Source: a candidate division FCPU426 bacterium
Lineage (GTDB): Bacteria; Oederibacteriota; JAAXVQ01; JAUVAV01
DNA length: 64,000 nt
Direction of reading: 5' to 3'
NCBI GenBank assembly: GCA_030637655.1
Contig: DAOWGI010000099.1
Location: forward strand, 1 to 64,000
Shown here: one piece after another, positions 48,034 through 57,373 of the stretch
Numbering within the stretch: the stretch's first letter is position 1
Layout: each line of letters starts with the position of its first letter
Translations under genes and position numbers: made by a program
The notes under the pieces: generated by a model
The model's database searches: none
What the model was told of the DNA's origin: nothing
What the model saw: only the letters and a program-made list of their open reading frames with translations

Positions 48034-49068
48034 TTAATCGAAAATTACATTTCGCAGTAAATTAACTATTGACTTGCCGATAATCCCAGCGCCGGCGGGC
48101 GCATAGCCGCCTGACAAGACCATTAAAATTGGGATTTTCTGTTTCAAGGCCTCGCGAAATACGATAGCGTCCCGTTCAATAATCGCGTTCTCACTAACAG
48201 ACAATCCCCCCAGGGGGTCTTCCGCATAAATATCCACACCCGCATTATAAAAAATGAAATCAGGCTGGGATTTATGTATGGCTTGAGGCAGCTCTTTTTT
48301 TATTATATCCAAATAAACCTGGTCTCCGGTTTCAGGCAAAAGCCCATAGGGATACGTTATCGTCTTTTGGAGTTCAAAGGCAAGAGGATAGGCCGCTTGA
48401 TTAAATACATCAAAAACATGAATGCGTGTTTCCTTTTTGCAAATACTCTCAATGCCATCCCCCTGGTGCGCATCCAAATCAACAATCAATATTCTGCCGG
48501 CCGGCTGTCTTTTTAATAATTGAAATGCCGCGATGGGAATATCCGCGTAATAACAAAATCCACCGCCGGCATCGGCTTTGGCGTGATGATACCCACCGGA
48601 TAGATTAATCGCCCAACCATGCTTTTTCGCCAGGTCGCAGCCCAGCATAGTTCCCCCGGTTGCCAGGCGCATGGGTTTTAAAATACCGTTATCAAGAATT
48701 CCATTCGGCAGGTATGCCAAAGCGTGGATTTCCGCTATTTCAGCGACAATTTGGGATTTTTTCAAAGAATTGAGATATGCTTGCGTATGAACTGTTAATA
48801 ACAAATCCTTGGTCACTTCCAGGGGCGTGTAGAATTGACTGCTGGACAATCCTTGGGTTTGTTTTAAATACCCGAATACTTTACCGTATTTTTTCGTGTC
48901 AAAGGGATGCAGATTTTCAATCCCCAGTACGGATATATCGTACTGGGGAGAATAAACAATAGGTAACATGGCATCTTCTTTGGCTTTTTTGGGCGCAGCC
49001 GAACAAACTTCTGTCTGGGCCAGGAAAACACTGATAAGAATCAAACAACCAATAGTATAAAATTTCAT
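48034..49068 (-). CDS. Histone deacetylase family protein, HDAC11 (class IV)-like, with possible signal peptide
   Basis: PIVYSPQY, LHPFD, GGYHHA, GGFC, IVDLDAHQGDG, YNAGVD, DPLGGL, SGGY; start taken as ATG 49068. Confidence 0.88.
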   Translation of the reverse strand: MKFYTIGCLILISVFLAQTEVCSAAPKKAKEDAMLPIVYSPQYDISVLGIENLHPFDTKKYGKVFGYLKQTQGLSSSQFYTPLEVTKDLLLTVHTQAYLNSLKKSQIVAEIAEIHALAYLPNGILDNGILKPMRLATGGTMLGCDLAKKHGWAINLSGGYHHAKADAGGGFCYYADIPIAAFQLLKRQPAGRILIVDLDAHQGDGIESICKKETRIHVFDVFNQAAYPLAFELQKTITYPYGLLPETGDQVYLDIIKKELPQAIHKSQPDFIFYNAGVDIYAEDPLGGLSVSENAIIERDAIVFREALKQKIPILMVLSGGYAPAGAGIIGKSIVNLLRNVIFD

Positions 49069-49111
49069 GCGCTTCGCTTTCCAACTGACGCAAGCTGCAA
49101 CTCCAAACACT

Positions 49112-49282
49112 CTAACCTGTTAAATAATTCAACAACTGATAAATCAGGACCGCCGGCCATACCATGGCTTTGATAATACCCAGCACGCCGGTCCAAAAAC
49201 CATGGGCCTGCTGGATGAAATAAACCGCAGCACCGATGAAAACCACGAAGTAAAAGCCACCTGAAGTATGCTGATTGTTCAT
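49112..49282 (-). CDS. Small two-TM membrane protein
   Basis: AAGGAGG RBS; MNNQHTSGGFYFVVFIGAAVYFIQQAHGFWTGVLGIIKAMVWPAVLIY. Confidence 0.75.
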   Translation of the reverse strand: MNNQHTSGGFYFVVFIGAAVYFIQQAHGFWTGVLGIIKAMVWPAVLIYQLLNYLTG

Positions 49283-49576
49283 GCCTTGCCTCCTTAACCG
49301 ATTAGTGATATTGCTAAAATATCCTCTGTGAATATTCCGCGGAATTCGGCCACCCATTCCAGTCCCGGCGGCCACCTTCTCCCACTGAACAAAATCTAAC
49401 GGTCAAAATATAACATGGACGGCACGTCATGGAACAGTTTTTCTTTGGTTTTTCGCATGGAGCCTCCCTTAAGTTCGAATTTATAAGCGGCCAATGTCGA
49501 ACCTGGAGTGAAGTCCAAAATCATCGATAATGGGAATAGGCCTGCCTGTCCCTGCAAAAAATGCCCGGCTCATTTC

Positions 49577-49606
49577 TTGACCATTTATAGGAATTGAGTT
49601 TATACT
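49577..49606 (+). promoter_or_regulatory. Candidate sigma70 promoter
   Basis: TTGACC-N18-TATACT upstream of ORF 49659. Confidence 0.4.
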
Positions 49607-49658
49607 AAGGCATTGTTATTTAATATATGCTATTAAGTTCCTGTTAAGGATTAACATT

Positions 49659-50000
49659 ATGCTTATTGTTTCAAATCCCATCTCTCTCTCAGAACTTCAG
49701 CAAATGGCTAATGATATGTTTGGAGATATGGTAAAAGCAGTGGTTGATATAGAACGGGGTCTTTTGGCAGTGGATGCTGAACTTCATGCCGACTTAGAGG
49801 CACTGCTTATCGAGAACGGTTCTGAATCAGCTCATCTCTGGGGCATCAACTTGTATCCTGACCTTTTTTGCACTGATTTTGTGGAATTCGATTCACTCAT
49901 CAACATGAAACCCTCGCAAGGGAATCGCAGCCGTAGTGTTGAAAACAAAGATATTCAAAGCAAAATATTAACAATAGTATCCGAGCAGGTAAAATCATGA
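49659..50000 (+). CDS. DUF5674-like protein
   Basis: MVKAVVDI, ELHADLE, LWGINLYP, EFDSLIN..P.QGNRSR pattern. Confidence 0.75.
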   Translation: MLIVSNPISLSELQQMANDMFGDMVKAVVDIERGLLAVDAELHADLEALLIENGSESAHLWGINLYPDLFCTDFVEFDSLINMKPSQGNRSRSVENKDIQSKILTIVSEQVKS

Positions 50001-50329
50001 ACAGGCAGCACCAGGACTTGGCCAAAGGCCGTTGGCGGCATTTGAATTTCATGGAGCAAATGGCGAATATCGGCAGTGAAGTAGAGCGATTCATAAACTG
50101 GCGGATTAAAAATAATGAAATATTTGCCCAAAAAGCCTTTGAACGTGCTCTCGAGCTGTTTGATTTGACGATTGATCAGCCTTTAAATTTTTATCGACTT
50201 AAGGAAATATCCCGCGCGCGGGAATCTGTGGCAGAACTTTATGAAGAAAAGGATATGTCCGAATATTCCATCACCGCTTGGAAGAAATACTTTTCACATT
50301 TCAGCTACGCCGCGCGCAGAAACAGGTAG
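49997..50329 (+). CDS. Conserved helical hypothetical protein coupled to the DUF5674-like gene
   Basis: ATGA overlap; GRW...EQMANIGSEVER...RALEL.DLT...KE..RARE. Confidence 0.7.
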   Translation: MNRQHQDLAKGRWRHLNFMEQMANIGSEVERFINWRIKNNEIFAQKAFERALELFDLTIDQPLNFYRLKEISRARESVAELYEEKDMSEYSITAWKKYFSHFSYAARRNR

Positions 50330-50706
50330 CAGGGTCCAGGCCTGCCTGTTCCCTACAACGGGTATTTGTGTGTTTGTACATTGTTTTTGAAAGGCAAGGT
50401 TTTGCTTCTTACGACTCACGGCTGGTAAACGCGCAAATTCCATGATGTCTATGTCTGTTGTACCCCGAAAAACCCGGTCAATCTCCGCGTTTCGTTTTCA
50501 GTTGAACTCGGTTGGTCAGCATGCTAAGATTATGCGATTTTTAGTTTATTTTAAGGAATTTTTAGGTTGTGCGCTGTTTGCTGGTCAATGCTATGATCCA
50601 CTTGTGTGGTTCTGGCTATACAAAGAACCAGTCGTTATTCCGTCCGGATTATATAAACATATTGTAAGGGCACAGCGGCGCTGTGTCCTTACGAAAAGGA
50701 GAACAC

Positions 50707-51144
50707 ATGGCACCAGTAAAAGAAGGCGATACAGTAAAGATTCACTACACCGGCAAATTAGAAAACAGCGAGGTCTTTGATTCTTCACGCGACCGTGAAC
50801 CATTGGAATTCAAGCTAGGTGCCGGAGGCCTTATCCCTGGTTTTGAAACAGCAGTCATGGGCATGCACCCTACTGACACCAAGACCGTCACCATCCCATC
50901 AGATCAAGCGTATGGCCCTAAAATGGATCAATTGATTTTTGAGGTAGAGCGCACCCAGCTTCCCCATGACTTGGAGCCGCAGGCCGGCATGCAGTTGGCT
51001 GTGACCAGTCCGGACGGCAAGCAGGTTCCGGTCTGGATTTTGGAAGTGATGGAAAAAACCGTCAAGCTGGATGGCAATCATCCCTTGGCCGGCAAAGATT
51101 TGATTTTCGATCTGGAATTGGTCGAAATCGTCTCCGCAGCTTAA
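50707..51144 (+). CDS. FKBP-type peptidyl-prolyl isomerase, SlyD/FkpB-type, without His-rich tail
   Basis: VKIHYTG, FDSS, LIPGFE, AYG, LDGNHPLAGKDL; start ATG 50707 (RBS AAAGGAG). Confidence 0.92.
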   Translation: MAPVKEGDTVKIHYTGKLENSEVFDSSRDREPLEFKLGAGGLIPGFETAVMGMHPTDTKTVTIPSDQAYGPKMDQLIFEVERTQLPHDLEPQAGMQLAVTSPDGKQVPVWILEVMEKTVKLDGNHPLAGKDLIFDLELVEIVSAA

Positions 51145-51166
51145 AACTTTAAAAGATTGCCGGCTC

Positions 51167-51619
51167 TTACAAAACAGGCATTTGCTCAAAAGAGGCGTTT
51201 CTGAGGTGGATCATTACTTTTTGCGCGGCAACAAGCATTTCTTCACTCAACCCTTGCCGGTCTTCCACTTCTTTGGGTTGAATCCCAATAAAAACAATTT
51301 CCTTCTTTACCACTGGTTTTAAATAATTCATAGTCACAGAAAGTGACATGGCATGCGTTCCCAAACCCACGTCCTGAATCTGTTCCGAAGCAATGCGCCT
51401 AAACGCTCCCGGACTCAAATTCATTTGCGCGGCATCCACCATAACCAGAATTTCAGGATTATATTTTTTAACAACGGAAGTGTAATTTTCAGGCACGGTT
51501 GTGCAGTTGCACACAAACCAATTGGGATCAGTAAAATTCTCAGCGATAAAGACACCCACGCCGTCATCCCCGCGGAGTTTGTTTCCAACACCCATTAAAA
51601 AGTTTTTAGGAGCATCCAT
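51167..51619 (-). CDS. hycI: Hydrogenase maturation protease, HycI-type
   Basis: GVGNKLRGDDGVG, TVPEN, VDAA, GTH, IGIQP. Confidence 0.88.
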   Translation of the reverse strand: MDAPKNFLMGVGNKLRGDDGVGVFIAENFTDPNWFVCNCTTVPENYTSVVKKYNPEILVMVDAAQMNLSPGAFRRIASEQIQDVGLGTHAMSLSVTMNYLKPVVKKEIVFIGIQPKEVEDRQGLSEEMLVAAQKVMIHLRNASFEQMPVL

Positions 51620-51798
51620 GAGGTATCCCAATCAAATAGATTTCGTAAATGCCAAATCACTCTGCGGGTATTGGTGAACCATTTCTGTTCCAACCTAGAG
51701 GCCATTTGACGCACATACCATGAATCCTCCGGATGCGTAAAAGCATAAATCAATATTTTGTCTTTTGATTTTTTTGTTGAAAAAATCGACAGTATCAT
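51595..51798 (-). pseudogene. N-terminal winged-HTH fragment, resembling HTH-nucleotidyltransferase proteins
   Basis: SKDKILIYAFTHPEDSWYVRQMASRL then loses coherence. Confidence 0.45.
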
Positions 51799-51862
51799 AG
51801 TTGTAAATATTATAACAATTGTTGCTTTTTTCGCAATACTTTATTCACTGATTATGTAACCT

Positions 51863-52283
51863 TTAACGTAAGATTTCTATTTTTTTGATAATCTTCTGTT
51901 TTTTTGTTCTCAGGACTATTTTATAGCTGCCTTGAGGTACGCGGGAAGCATCCCAGAAAAAGACATGTGGTCCCGCATCCAGGGCTTGGTCAACAATGAT
52001 GTGAATATCTATGCCGCTTTTATCAACAACACTTACTTTGACCTGTGCCCGCTCCTGCATCTGAACAATGATACTGCATCGCTGCCCCTCTCCGACATTT
52101 ATTTGTTTTTTTATCCACTTTGAGGAGCTCGATTTGACCCTGGTCCTTACTTTTATCCTTAGATGTTTCAATGTCAGCTGAAGGCGGTTTGAACTCCTCT
52201 TTTTTACCCATGGCATGAAGAATTAAAATATTTCCTAAAATACTTATGGCTGCTATTGATATTGATAGAATTATTTTTTTCAT
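51863..52283 (-). pseudogene. Frameshifted secreted protein with FlgD-Ig-like C-terminal domain
   Basis: Signal-peptide ORF (52283) and Ig-like ORF (GPHVFFWDAS...GSYKI) join as VDKKQINV if one A is removed from the A7 run at 52106-52112. Confidence 0.75.
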
Positions 52284-52361
52284 GACCAGCCTCCTTTACT
52301 ATTTTTGATATCTTTTAATGTAATGAACGGGGTCATGACCCCCAAACCTCTGGTTCGCGAT

Positions 52362-52925
52362 TTAAGGTTTATAGTATTGCTTTATAAATTCCTGATATTT
52401 TTTTAAAGTGGTTGGGCTGAATTTGCGGAAAAGTGTTGTATCCCGGCCTTTGATCTCAACCTCAACTTCTTGAGCCAGGGATATTTTATGAATTTTTTCC
52501 GGAGTAATTTCATAACCGGCGCGTTCAATAACTTTTTTCTTTTCTCCATAGTCCATTTGTTTTCTGTAATTTTTACTTCCTTCGCCTTTGAAAACAAGTT
52601 TTTCACTTTGATCCAGGCTTAATATTAGTGATTTCCCTTTCTGGATATAAATATAATTATTATCAATATAAGACAATTGTAAATAATAAGTTGCTTGATT
52701 TTTATCATCCCGGACTCTTTCTACATCCAATGACAGACTCATATCAATAATATTTTTGGGATTGATCAGTGTAGTATCACCGGCCAGTCGGTGTCTGGTT
52801 TGATCACCGTGTTTCATAGTATGAATTAAAAGATGACTGCCGCAACCATTAATAAAAAGAATGCAAGAAATAACCACTATTTTTTTTGAAAATAATCGAA
52901 ACATGGGATTTTTCCTTTCACTCAT
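52362..52925 (-). CDS. Putative lipoprotein
   Basis: Hydrophobic stretch ending ILFINGC (lipobox-like). Confidence 0.6.
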   Translation of the reverse strand: MSERKNPMFRLFSKKIVVISCILFINGCGSHLLIHTMKHGDQTRHRLAGDTTLINPKNIIDMSLSLDVERVRDDKNQATYYLQLSYIDNNYIYIQKGKSLILSLDQSEKLVFKGEGSKNYRKQMDYGEKKKVIERAGYEITPEKIHKISLAQEVEVEIKGRDTTLFRKFSPTTLKKYQEFIKQYYKP

Positions 52926-53213
52926 AGTTGTATAGTATTGTCGTCTGTTTTTCTTGATTGTTTAGTTGTCTGACTGCTGTCTTTGGGTTCCGGACTTGCT
53001 CTTTTTTTCCGTGTAAACCGGCTATTTTTTATACTTGGGAGTAAGATAATATAGTTATGCAGACATTGCCATAACTTTGTCTTTTTCGGCTGACGCGGTT
53101 GGTTGGTAGACTTTTTCTCCCATACCTGGTTAGACAAGCCTGGGCGCTTTTTCTTGCATAGAAAAAACAAATTCCTATCAGTTTGACCCCTTATATTACG
53201 GCGTGTGGTGCCC

Positions 53214-53618
53214 CTACGTTAATACCATCTCCTCGGAATACCTATCCGTGGTGGCGGTTAAAAACTCTTTGGTCATAAACAAATTGTTTTTCGGGCACAC
53301 TTCTGTGCACTGCCCGCACTGGATGCAATGCCCGGCATAGACTGTAACGGTTTTTTCCTCGCGGTTCACCTCAATCGCGTTGGCCGGGCATACGCGCGCG
53401 CACATAGCACAGGCTGTACACCCTTCAGGATTATACCCTATTTTGCCGCGAAAGCCTTCAGGAACTTCCAGCGGCAAAACCAATTCCGCCTTGCCGGCTG
53501 CCACTTTTTCCAAAAACCTGGTAATGGATTTGGGCAAGTGCCTGGCTGGAAACGGATTGGTGGCCGGTTTATTAAAAAGTTGTTTTAAGACCCGTGGAAC
53601 CATGGGTAAACGAAACAT
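53214..53618 (-). CDS. mbhN: Mbh 2x[4Fe-4S] subunit (NuoI-like)
   Basis: PATNPFP, GFRGK, two CxxCxxCxxxCP motifs. Confidence 0.88.
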   Translation of the reverse strand: MFRLPMVPRVLKQLFNKPATNPFPARHLPKSITRFLEKVAAGKAELVLPLEVPEGFRGKIGYNPEGCTACAMCARVCPANAIEVNREEKTVTVYAGHCIQCGQCTEVCPKNNLFMTKEFLTATTDRYSEEMVLT

Positions 53619-53640
53619 TCAATCCTTCCTTTCCTTCAAT

Positions 53641-53668
53641 GTAGGGAACGGTCGCGACCGTTCCCTAC
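53641..53668. repeat. Perfect REP palindrome (identical to 55951-55978)
   Basis: gtagggaacggtcgcgaccgttccctac. Confidence 0.92.
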
Positions 53669-53671
53669 AAC

Positions 53672-54664
53672 TTACAATTTACCATCCAACATAATCAGGA
53701 ACAATCCTAAAAAGGTCATGGTCCCGCCCAGTTTCCAATAAATCTCTACGATCTGCGTAATCCGAAAACGAGCCATGGAAACACGCATGAGCGTCACTGA
53801 GACAAACATAACCAGGAATATTTTAATGATATAGAACAGAACCTCAATCACAATCTTCACAGTAGTATCCACCTGAAAGTATTGCGAAATGGTATAGGGA
53901 AAAAACAAGGCCACTGTCAGACCGAGCATGGCAATCATCTTAGCACCCAAGGCCAAATAGAACATAGCCAGATTGCGGCCGGAATATTCCACCAGCAGTC
54001 CCTCGGCCAACTCTGATTTTGCTTCCGGCGCGTCAAACGGACCTTTGGAAAGTTCGGCCGGTGTCACCACAATCATAGCCAGCAAGAGCAGAATAAAACC
54101 AATAATGCCAAAAGGGCCTACCAAGTTCCAAATAGGATTGGCGGCAATGGTTTTCAGGGAAAACGGATGCGCCAGACCGGATTGCGCCATTTTCCAGGCA
54201 AAAGAAATAACTATCGCGCCGAGTGGCAATTCATAGCCGATCATGGTCACCATTTCGCGCTGCGCGCCTATGGTGGCATAGGGAGAGCCTGAGGCAAAAC
54301 CGCCAAAAACCATAGCTAAAGCCGGCATGGCCAGCAAATACATAATCAGAATCAGATCCCCGTAACCTTCCATGAGCGGATTAAATCCCGCGAAGGGCAA
54401 ATACAAAAAAATCGTTATCACTGAGGCAAAAGCCATGATCGGAGCCGCGTTGTACACCCAGGGCACGGCATGCTCAGGCACCACGTTCTCTTTGCGCATG
54501 AGTTTAAGAAAATCCCACCACGGTTGCCTAAGCAACGGACCGATTCTGGCTTGCATGAGCGCTGCCAGTTTACGATCCACTCCCTGGATAATAAAACCAC
54601 CCACAATACCTAAAGCGGTCATGCTCACTACCCCAATAATGAGTTTCAAAAATATCTCTGTCAT
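53672..54664 (-). CDS. mbhM: Mbh membrane subunit (NuoH-like)
   Basis: DRKLAALMQARIGP, SGSPYATIGAQRE, PFDAPEAKSELAEG. Confidence 0.9.
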   Translation of the reverse strand: MTEIFLKLIIGVVSMTALGIVGGFIIQGVDRKLAALMQARIGPLLRQPWWDFLKLMRKENVVPEHAVPWVYNAAPIMAFASVITIFLYLPFAGFNPLMEGYGDLILIMYLLAMPALAMVFGGFASGSPYATIGAQREMVTMIGYELPLGAIVISFAWKMAQSGLAHPFSLKTIAANPIWNLVGPFGIIGFILLLLAMIVVTPAELSKGPFDAPEAKSELAEGLLVEYSGRNLAMFYLALGAKMIAMLGLTVALFFPYTISQYFQVDTTVKIVIEVLFYIIKIFLVMFVSVTLMRVSMARFRITQIVEIYWKLGGTMTFLGLFLIMLDGKL

Positions 54665-55908
54665 TTCAATCCTTGTCTAATACGTTCTGTTTTTTTCCGT
54701 GAGAGACGCCGTAAATCATCCTGAGTGAATATCGAAGTCCGTCCCTTGTCCACCATAGCCACCCGGTCCGTACATGAAATACAGGGATCAACTGAAGCCA
54801 CAATAATAGGGATATCCGCGATCTGCTCCCCTTCCAGCATTTTCACCCAAGACATGGCATTGCTGTAAGTAGAGGCTTTTACTTTCCAAACCAGGGGGCT
54901 TTCCTGATTGGCAGCCAAACGAATATAGTGAAACACTTCACCGCGCGGCGCTTCATGCCTGCCGATCCCTTCCCCTTCCGCCTGCTTGATATGATTCAGC
55001 AAAACCATTAGTTTCGGAAAATTGGTCAACGGACCGATTGGCATTTTTTTCATGCTTTGTTGGATAATCTCAATGGATTGTTTCACTTCCAACAAGCGTA
55101 CGATAATCCGGTCAAACACATCACCATGTACCTCTCCGGCCAATGCCTCCGGTGTGATGGCTTTGATGTCAAGATCTCCATACGCGCAATACGGAAAATC
55201 CTGCCGGACATCGGTGGCAATACCGGAGGCACGGATAACCGGACCAACCGTACAGAGCTTTAAGGCATCTTCCGGGGTCAAGACCCCGGTATCGCGGCAA
55301 CGCATCCGCAGTACCGTATCTTCCAAAAACATGTCATAGAGTTCATCAAACAGGATGGTATAATTCAGGAGTGATTTATTAATACGCGCATGCTGGTCCG
55401 GAGTAATATCCCGTCGCACACCGCCAATCTGGAGCACACCGTAATTGACACGGTTGCCGGTCAAGTATTCCAAAAGATCCATAAGATCTTCACGCACTTC
55501 CCAGGCCTTATAAAAAAGTGTATCAAAACCCAATTCCAAGGCAGCCACTCCGGCCCAGAGCAGGTGGGAATGAATACGTTCCATTTCAGCAAATATGGTC
55601 CGCAAATAATCAGCCCGAACCGGAACTTCAATATCCGCAGCCTGCTCAATGGCCCGGCAATAGGCAATGGAATGAGAAATACTGCAGATACCGCAGATGC
55701 GTTCTGATACATACAGAGTCTGGACCGCGTTACGTCGCGTTGCCATCCATTCCAACCCACGATGGTTGTGACCAGGCGCCAAATCCACCTTGATTACTTT
55801 CTCCCCATCAATTTCAAATATAAATTTGATGGGTTCTTTCAAGGCCGGATGAATCGGACCAATAACGGTCTTGATTGGTTTTTTTGCACTAACAACTGAT
55901 TCTTTCAT
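54661..55908 (-). CDS. mbhL: Group 4 [NiFe]-hydrogenase large subunit
   Basis: IGPIHPALKEP, ERICGIC (L1), EAPRGE, DPCISCTDR (L2) plus C-terminal extension. Confidence 0.93.
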   Translation of the reverse strand: MKESVVSAKKPIKTVIGPIHPALKEPIKFIFEIDGEKVIKVDLAPGHNHRGLEWMATRRNAVQTLYVSERICGICSISHSIAYCRAIEQAADIEVPVRADYLRTIFAEMERIHSHLLWAGVAALELGFDTLFYKAWEVREDLMDLLEYLTGNRVNYGVLQIGGVRRDITPDQHARINKSLLNYTILFDELYDMFLEDTVLRMRCRDTGVLTPEDALKLCTVGPVIRASGIATDVRQDFPYCAYGDLDIKAITPEALAGEVHGDVFDRIIVRLLEVKQSIEIIQQSMKKMPIGPLTNFPKLMVLLNHIKQAEGEGIGRHEAPRGEVFHYIRLAANQESPLVWKVKASTYSNAMSWVKMLEGEQIADIPIIVASVDPCISCTDRVAMVDKGRTSIFTQDDLRRLSRKKTERIRQGLK

Positions 55909-55950
55909 CCTATTTTCCTTTTCTTTCTTCCCAAATCGACGTTTGGATCT

Positions 55951-55978
55951 GTAGGGAACGGTCGCGACCGTTCCCTAC
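55951..55978. repeat. Perfect REP palindrome
   Basis: gtagggaacggtcgcgaccgttccctac; degenerate partner at 56001-56028. Confidence 0.92.
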
Positions 55979-56036
55979 AACAACATACCACATCGCATAT
56001 GTACGGGTACGGCAAGCGGTGCCCCGACGTATTCAT

Positions 56037-56606
56037 TTATTTATTTTTCGCGCGACGTTGGGCGCCCTCCGCCTTGCCGACCTCATGCAGCTTTTTTACC
56101 ATTTCTTCTTTAATCCCGGTCTCATCTTTGCGCCAGGGATACACGCCTTCCGGAAAATCATCCGGCAAAAACATGCGGCGCGAATCCGGAATATTCAGAA
56201 CCTGCAAACCGAAAAACTCCTGTTTTTCCCGTTCACTGGTCAAGGCCCCGGGAATCAGATCGGTTATAGTATCAATTATCAAATCCGTCTTAGGCAAAGT
56301 TGTGCGAATCGTCACACTGTATTCTCCGCGTGCTACGCCGTAATAAATAAAGAAGTGATACAAGAGTTCAATGCCCTCGCCCATATCACACCCGGAAATA
56401 ACCGACAAATGCGGATACTGGATATCACACAATTGTTGAACCGCTATTTTTATTTTGGTCTTGTCAATAGTCAGCCAGATTTGAATGCTTTCTGCGCTTT
56501 TCAAGCCTTCGGATCGTTTAACTATCCGGGAGGCCTGCAGTCCGTCACCCAAACATTGTTGAAACTGCTCAACCACTTGTTCTGGAGTTAATATGTTATC
56601 ATTCAT
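56037..56606 (-). CDS. mbhK: Mbh subunit (NuoC-like)
   Basis: HLSVISGCD, LLYHF, SEREKQEFFG, YPWRKD. Confidence 0.88.
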   Translation of the reverse strand: MNDNILTPEQVVEQFQQCLGDGLQASRIVKRSEGLKSAESIQIWLTIDKTKIKIAVQQLCDIQYPHLSVISGCDMGEGIELLYHFFIYYGVARGEYSVTIRTTLPKTDLIIDTITDLIPGALTSEREKQEFFGLQVLNIPDSRRMFLPDDFPEGVYPWRKDETGIKEEMVKKLHEVGKAEGAQRRAKNK

Positions 56607-57031
56607 TTCTTCTGTATTTCCTCAAGTTTTTTCAGAGCTGTAACCACGCCGAAAATAATCGACTCCGGCCGCGGCGGGCAACCGGGCACGTACACATCCA
56701 CGGGCACCACATCATCCACGGGCCCTGACAGGGTATAGGATTCATAAAAAGGTCCGCCGCTTACTCCGCAGGCGCCAATGACCATCACCAATTTAGGATC
56801 CGGGGTCTGATGGTATACCCGCAAAAGTTTATCCTTCATTTTGTTCGTCACCGGACCGGTCACCAGAATCACATCCGCGTGCCGCGGCGTTCCCACCAGT
56901 TTGATGCCAAAGCGTTCAGGATCATAGCGTGGGGTGATGGCAGCCACAATCTCAATATCACAGCCATTGCAAGAACCGGTGTTTACGTGGTACACCCAGA
57001 GTGATTTATTTAAAGCTTTTGAAATACTCAT
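56603..57031 (-). CDS. mbhJ: Mbh small subunit (NuoB-like)
   Basis: GSCNGCDIE, PRHAD, GAC, VPGCPPRPE; start moved to ATG 57031. Confidence 0.92.
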   Translation of the reverse strand: MSISKALNKSLWVYHVNTGSCNGCDIEIVAAITPRYDPERFGIKLVGTPRHADVILVTGPVTNKMKDKLLRVYHQTPDPKLVMVIGACGVSGGPFYESYTLSGPVDDVVPVDVYVPGCPPRPESIIFGVVTALKKLEEIQKK

Positions 57032-57372
57032 GCCAGCAGTCCTATCAATACAACCAGGGCCAGCACACCAAAGAGCCATAGCAGATAATCCGCGGGATTG
57101 CCGGTATGCAGACTGATCATTTTTTCATAATACCCTTTGAGAGTTTCCAGATACCCCCAGTATAAATTGCCGGCTCGCACATGAATTTCATTGGGATCGG
57201 ATTCGTCATTACCTGAAAGAAAAGGCTTGGTTTGCTCCGTATCCATTTTGTATTTCCTGGCGCCAAAACTGCGAATGATAACCGCCAGCACGACCACCAC
57301 TACAAAAGCTGTTAACCACAGAAGCGGATGCCAGAATCCTGAACCGCTGGAAAGCGTTGTCATATACTCCAT
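57028..57372 (-). CDS. mbhI: Mbh subunit I
   Basis: GFWHPLLW, KPFLSGN, NLYWG, HTG...DY; position in operon. Confidence 0.82.
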   Translation of the reverse strand: MEYMTTLSSGSGFWHPLLWLTAFVVVVVLAVIIRSFGARKYKMDTEQTKPFLSGNDESDPNEIHVRAGNLYWGYLETLKGYYEKMISLHTGNPADYLLWLFGVLALVVLIGLLA

Positions 57373-57373
57373 C

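Noticed and set aside
50442-50803. ORFs 50442-50780 and 50591-50803
   Set aside because: Overlap the PPIase start, no motifs, atypical composition
51844-51860. Additional MITE end (ttcactgattatgtaac)
   Set aside because: Needs an indel and a mismatch and has no partner; could be chance
52922-53170. 82-aa basic ORF
   Set aside because: No RBS or motif; may be a decayed gene but cannot be supported
54661-55908. Mbx/Mbs sulfur reductase or complex I NuoD
   Set aside because: All four Ni-binding Cys and a maturation tail are present, with hyp genes linked
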